Part shown: positions 51,207 through 53,807 of the stretch, piece by piece
Layout of the letters: each line of letters starts with the position of its first letter
How positions within the stretch are numbered: the first letter of the stretch is position 1
DNA from: a virus
Taxonomy: Duplodnaviria; Heunggongvirae; Uroviricota; Caudoviricetes
DNA length: 53,807 bases
Direction: 5' to 3' (one strand)
Virus record (IMG/VR): IMGVR_UViG_2718217709_000003
The notes under the pieces: model-generated
Seen by the model: the letters and a program-made list of their open reading frames with translations, nothing else
Told to the model about the DNA's origin: nothing
Databases searched by the model: none
Program-made: the position numbers and the translations under genes

Positions 51207-51575
51207 TTAATTTTTCATTTCGGGCGTCGGATAAACAGCCAGATAAACGTAACCACAACTGCTGAGGGTATCGGCTTTGCAGGTCAGCCCTTTTGCATAC
51301 AGCGTGACGGTATGCTGATGGCGGGGATTCAGTTCACCGCTGGTGAGCATGAGTTCCAGTTGTTTCATCAGCAGCGGAAAGGCCTGGTCCAGGTGGTACG
51401 CATCTGCATCGCTGAACAGGCCTCTGATACCGGCGCGGTCGGCAAGGTAATGCAACCGGTTACCCTCCTGCACCAGACGTGCCCCGAAACAGGGCGTCAC
51501 GGTGCAGGGCAGCCCCCACCAGGGGCGGTCGTGATTGTCGTCGGGAAGTGTTGTCCCGGGGAGTGTGTCTGACAC
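51207..51575 (-). CDS. cbeA: CbeA (YeeU) antitoxin, 122 aa
   Basis: MSDTLPGTTLPDDNHDRPWWGLPCTVTPCFGARLVQEGNRLHYLADRAGI... matches CbeA from memory. Confidence 0.8.
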   Translation of the reverse strand: MSDTLPGTTLPDDNHDRPWWGLPCTVTPCFGARLVQEGNRLHYLADRAGIRGLFSDADAYHLDQAFPLLMKQLELMLTSGELNPRHQHTVTLYAKGLTCKADTLSSCGYVYLAVYPTPEMKN

Positions 51576-51648
51576 GATAAAATCCTTACAGAAAATCGGC
51601 TAAGAATGGTCCGGTAGTGGCGATAATTCTGCTCATCAGAATTCCCAC

Positions 51649-51870
51649 TCAGTTCAGGGTGACGCTCATCAGCCGGACATACGGACCAAAACTGTCCTTA
51701 CGACGTTCAGCAAACACGGCCAGCACACCGGGAATATCCTGCACTTCACGACCGGTATACGCTTCAGCACTGCCATGCCAGCGGTATTTACCGGTACAGA
51801 ACGGAAAAAGACGGGATGTCGGATGTTGTTGGTGAATACGCATGGCTTCACCACGGGTGATAATTTTCAT
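51649..51870 (-). CDS. yeeT: YeeT-like protein (73 aa)
   Basis: Small conserved ORF between yeeS and cbeA, as in CP4-type islands. Confidence 0.6.
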   Translation of the reverse strand: MKIITRGEAMRIHQQHPTSRLFPFCTGKYRWHGSAEAYTGREVQDIPGVLAVFAERRKDSFGPYVRLMSVTLN

Positions 51871-51932
51871 AATGGGATACCTCTGAAGACAGAAGATAAA
51901 AGTGAAAACAGGTGTGATGTGGTTGTGAAGGG

Positions 51933-52409
51933 TTAAAGCAGACCATGTTCGGCAAAGGAGAAAACCTGGTTGCCACCGACTATCAGATGGTCCGGCACCC
52001 GGATATCCACCAGGCCCAGTGCCTGTACCAGACGTTCCGTGATAAGGCGGTCTGCCTTACTGGGTGTGACTTCACCGGAGGGGTGATTGTGTGCCAGCAC
52101 CACGGCAGCGGCATTGTGGTACAGGGCGCGTTTAATCACTTCCCGGGGATGGACTTCCGTGCGGTTGATGGTGCCGGTAAAGAGGGTTTCACCGGCAATC
52201 AGTTGATTCTGGTTATTCAGATACAGCACCCGGAATTCTTCACGCTCCAGTCCCGCCATGTTCAGAATCAGCCATTCCCGTGCTGCACGGGTGGAGGTGA
52301 AGGCCACGCCGGGTTCATGAAGATGGCGGTCCAGGGTTTTCAGGGCCCGTTGAATGAGGCTGCGCTCGCCGGGCGTCATCTCTCCGGGCAGAAAGGAAAG
52401 TTGTTGCAT
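51933..52409 (-). CDS. yeeS: RadC-like JAB-domain protein YeeS (about 158 aa)
   Basis: JAMM motif HNHPSGEVTPSKAD; start taken at MQQLSFLPG. Confidence 0.75.
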   Translation of the reverse strand: MQQLSFLPGEMTPGERSLIQRALKTLDRHLHEPGVAFTSTRAAREWLILNMAGLEREEFRVLYLNNQNQLIAGETLFTGTINRTEVHPREVIKRALYHNAAAVVLAHNHPSGEVTPSKADRLITERLVQALGLVDIRVPDHLIVGGNQVFSFAEHGLL

Positions 52410-52424
52410 TGTGCTTCTCTCCAT

Positions 52425-52904
52425 TCAGTCGATGATGCGCATAATGGCGCTGCATTCCGGATGCTGCAGGGCGTAATCCCGCAACCGGTAATAATGGACC
52501 GTCATGGCATAATTCTCCGTACGACAGGCATGATGACTGTACGTCATCAGACAGGCGGCAATACCGGCGGCTTCCGGGCTCATTTCTGCGCGGTTACCGT
52601 TCATGGCATTGAACAGTACCCATGTTTCGTCATCATCGTCATCCGGTTCGGGTGCCATAAATGCCCCGCCGTTGTTCAGGGTGTACAGATTCCAGATACC
52701 ACCGCAGTAGTCTTCGCACAGACGGTCCATCCAGCCGAAGACACGGGGCTCCAGGGTCACCCACTGTGGAATGAGGCCAAAATGCTGCGGCCAGAAGCTG
52801 ATGCGCTGTTCATCAGGGACGAGGCTGGCAACCAACTGAGGCGGATTATTCTCTGGTGTTGTAGCTGAATAAATTGTGGGGGTATTCTGAGAAACGGTTT
52901 TCAT
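52425..52904 (-). CDS. Antirestriction protein, ArdB/KlcA-like (159 aa)
   Basis: Acidic stretch PEPDDDDDETW and the conserved island position upstream of the radC-like gene. Confidence 0.6.
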   Translation of the reverse strand: MKTVSQNTPTIYSATTPENNPPQLVASLVPDEQRISFWPQHFGLIPQWVTLEPRVFGWMDRLCEDYCGGIWNLYTLNNGGAFMAPEPDDDDDETWVLFNAMNGNRAEMSPEAAGIAACLMTYSHHACRTENYAMTVHYYRLRDYALQHPECSAIMRIID

Positions 52905-52985
52905 GAGATAACTCCTTAAATAACAAATAAATGTGTGTTTTTCAGGAACGAAAGCTGAATGATTCCCTCACTCAGGGAAACGGCA

Positions 52986-53807
52986 TCAGCGCAGGCTCTC
53001 CAGCATCGTTTCTGCCATCACCCACAATGCGCGATTGAGCTTAATGTCGGTATCAATGCTGTGAATGGCACGGGTATGGATACGTTTTCCTTTTGCACTG
53101 CGACCGGAAATCCCGCCTTTCAGCATATTCTCCTGGATGGTCTGATATGCGCTCCACAGGTCCTTACCGTAATCCTCCCGGCGTCGCGGCGTCAGAATGT
53201 CGGCGGTGGTGACGGGCTGATGTTCGTCACCATAACGGTAAGTCAGTGCCGCCTGTGCCAGCGCCTGGCGTGCCGGTGGCGGCAGGACCAGCGACTGCAT
53301 GGCATCACGCTTCTCCTCTATCCGGTCAAACACGCCCACCACCTCGTAAGCCCCTTCGATAACTTTCTCCACTACATTTCCCCGGTGTGGAACACGCACT
53401 TCCCCCAGAGACTGGCCACAGACGCACCCGTTCTGGCAGACGAACCTGAAGTAACCCGGCAGCATCTGGTAGCTGGAGGTACCGTCATGAGAGTTGAGCA
53501 GAATAATTTCAGGGACATGTTCTCCGTTTATCTCTCCGGCCCGCCGCAGACGCAGCATGTGTTTTGTGTATCCCCGGCGGCCCGGGTCGCGCACACGGGT
53601 CTGGCAGGCGAAGAACGGCTGAAAGCCTTCCCGCTGCAGATTTTCCAGGACGGTAATGGTGGGAATGTACGCATACCGTTCACTGCGGGAGGTGTGCCGG
53701 TCTTCCCCAAAAATACTGGGTACATGGCGTATCAGTTCTTCATGTGTCAGCGGACGGTCACGGCGTATCTGGTTTGCAGCATAACCAAAACGACTTGCTA
53801 ATCGCAT
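52986..53807 (-). CDS. DUF932-family protein (YfjQ/YafZ-like, 273 aa); start codon at the last base of the window
   Basis: MRLASRFGYAANQIRRDRPLTHEELIRHVPSIF... typical of CP4-type island DUF932 proteins. Confidence 0.6.
   Translation of the reverse strand: MRLASRFGYAANQIRRDRPLTHEELIRHVPSIFGEDRHTSRSERYAYIPTITVLENLQREGFQPFFACQTRVRDPGRRGYTKHMLRLRRAGEINGEHVPEIILLNSHDGTSSYQMLPGYFRFVCQNGCVCGQSLGEVRVPHRGNVVEKVIEGAYEVVGVFDRIEEKRDAMQSLVLPPPARQALAQAALTYRYGDEHQPVTTADILTPRRREDYGKDLWSAYQTIQENMLKGGISGRSAKGKRIHTRAIHSIDTDIKLNRALWVMAETMLESLR

Noticed and set aside
51945-53801. Two long + strand ORFs (307 aa and 280 aa) across the CP4-like module
   Set aside because: Antisense to the yeeS, antirestriction and DUF932 genes, which have clear family signatures on the - strand.

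Overview
This 53.8-kb window reads as Escherichia coli chromosome: a short host backbone (dacD-sbmC-yeeA-yeeX, 11.9-16.8 kb) flanked by mobile DNA on both sides. All calls are from reading the six-frame translations and the DNA by eye; no database search was run. Left (1-11.35 kb): a composite prophage remnant. A P4-type tyrosine integrase is split by an intact IS100 (IS21 family; 1954 bp, 5-bp duplication GTTAC). It is followed by an AlpA-like regulator, two large uncharacterised proteins (possibly ejection proteins), two envelope-protein genes, a P22-type immI region (mnt, arc, ant with recognisable Arc and Mnt operators), and a tailspike with a P22-type head-binding N-terminus, a beta-helix receptor domain and a C-terminal autochaperone. 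A 3' fragment of a second integrase faces the tailspike. Host backbone: dacD is interrupted nine codons in by IS2 (1331 bp, duplication GCTGC); sbmC, yeeA and yeeX look intact. Right (about 17.3-50.5 kb): a roughly 33-kb myovirus prophage with Mu-like head, packaging and regulatory genes (terminase, portal, F/G/I/T homologues, GemA, Mor, Ner-like, repressor) and a P2/Mu-type contractile tail. It has a lysis cassette with an Rz1 gene embedded in Rz, a Dam-like methyltransferase, and a Gin/Pin-family invertase beside a tail-fibre locus with three candidate crossover sites and two promoterless alternative fibre C-terminal cassettes. I found no transposase or integrase inside this prophage, and its early and late blocks diverge rather than following the Mu order. 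Far right (50.5-53.8 kb): a CP4-44-like island module (DUF932, antirestriction, RadC-like yeeS, yeeT, cbeA antitoxin, frameshifted cbtA toxin, yeeW). The best candidates for something undescribed are the accessory locus between the late operon and the repressor (43.5-45.9 kb: P-loop protein, two small overlapping ORFs, Dam), the membrane protein after mor (49.4-50.0 kb), and the three-site fibre-switching system.
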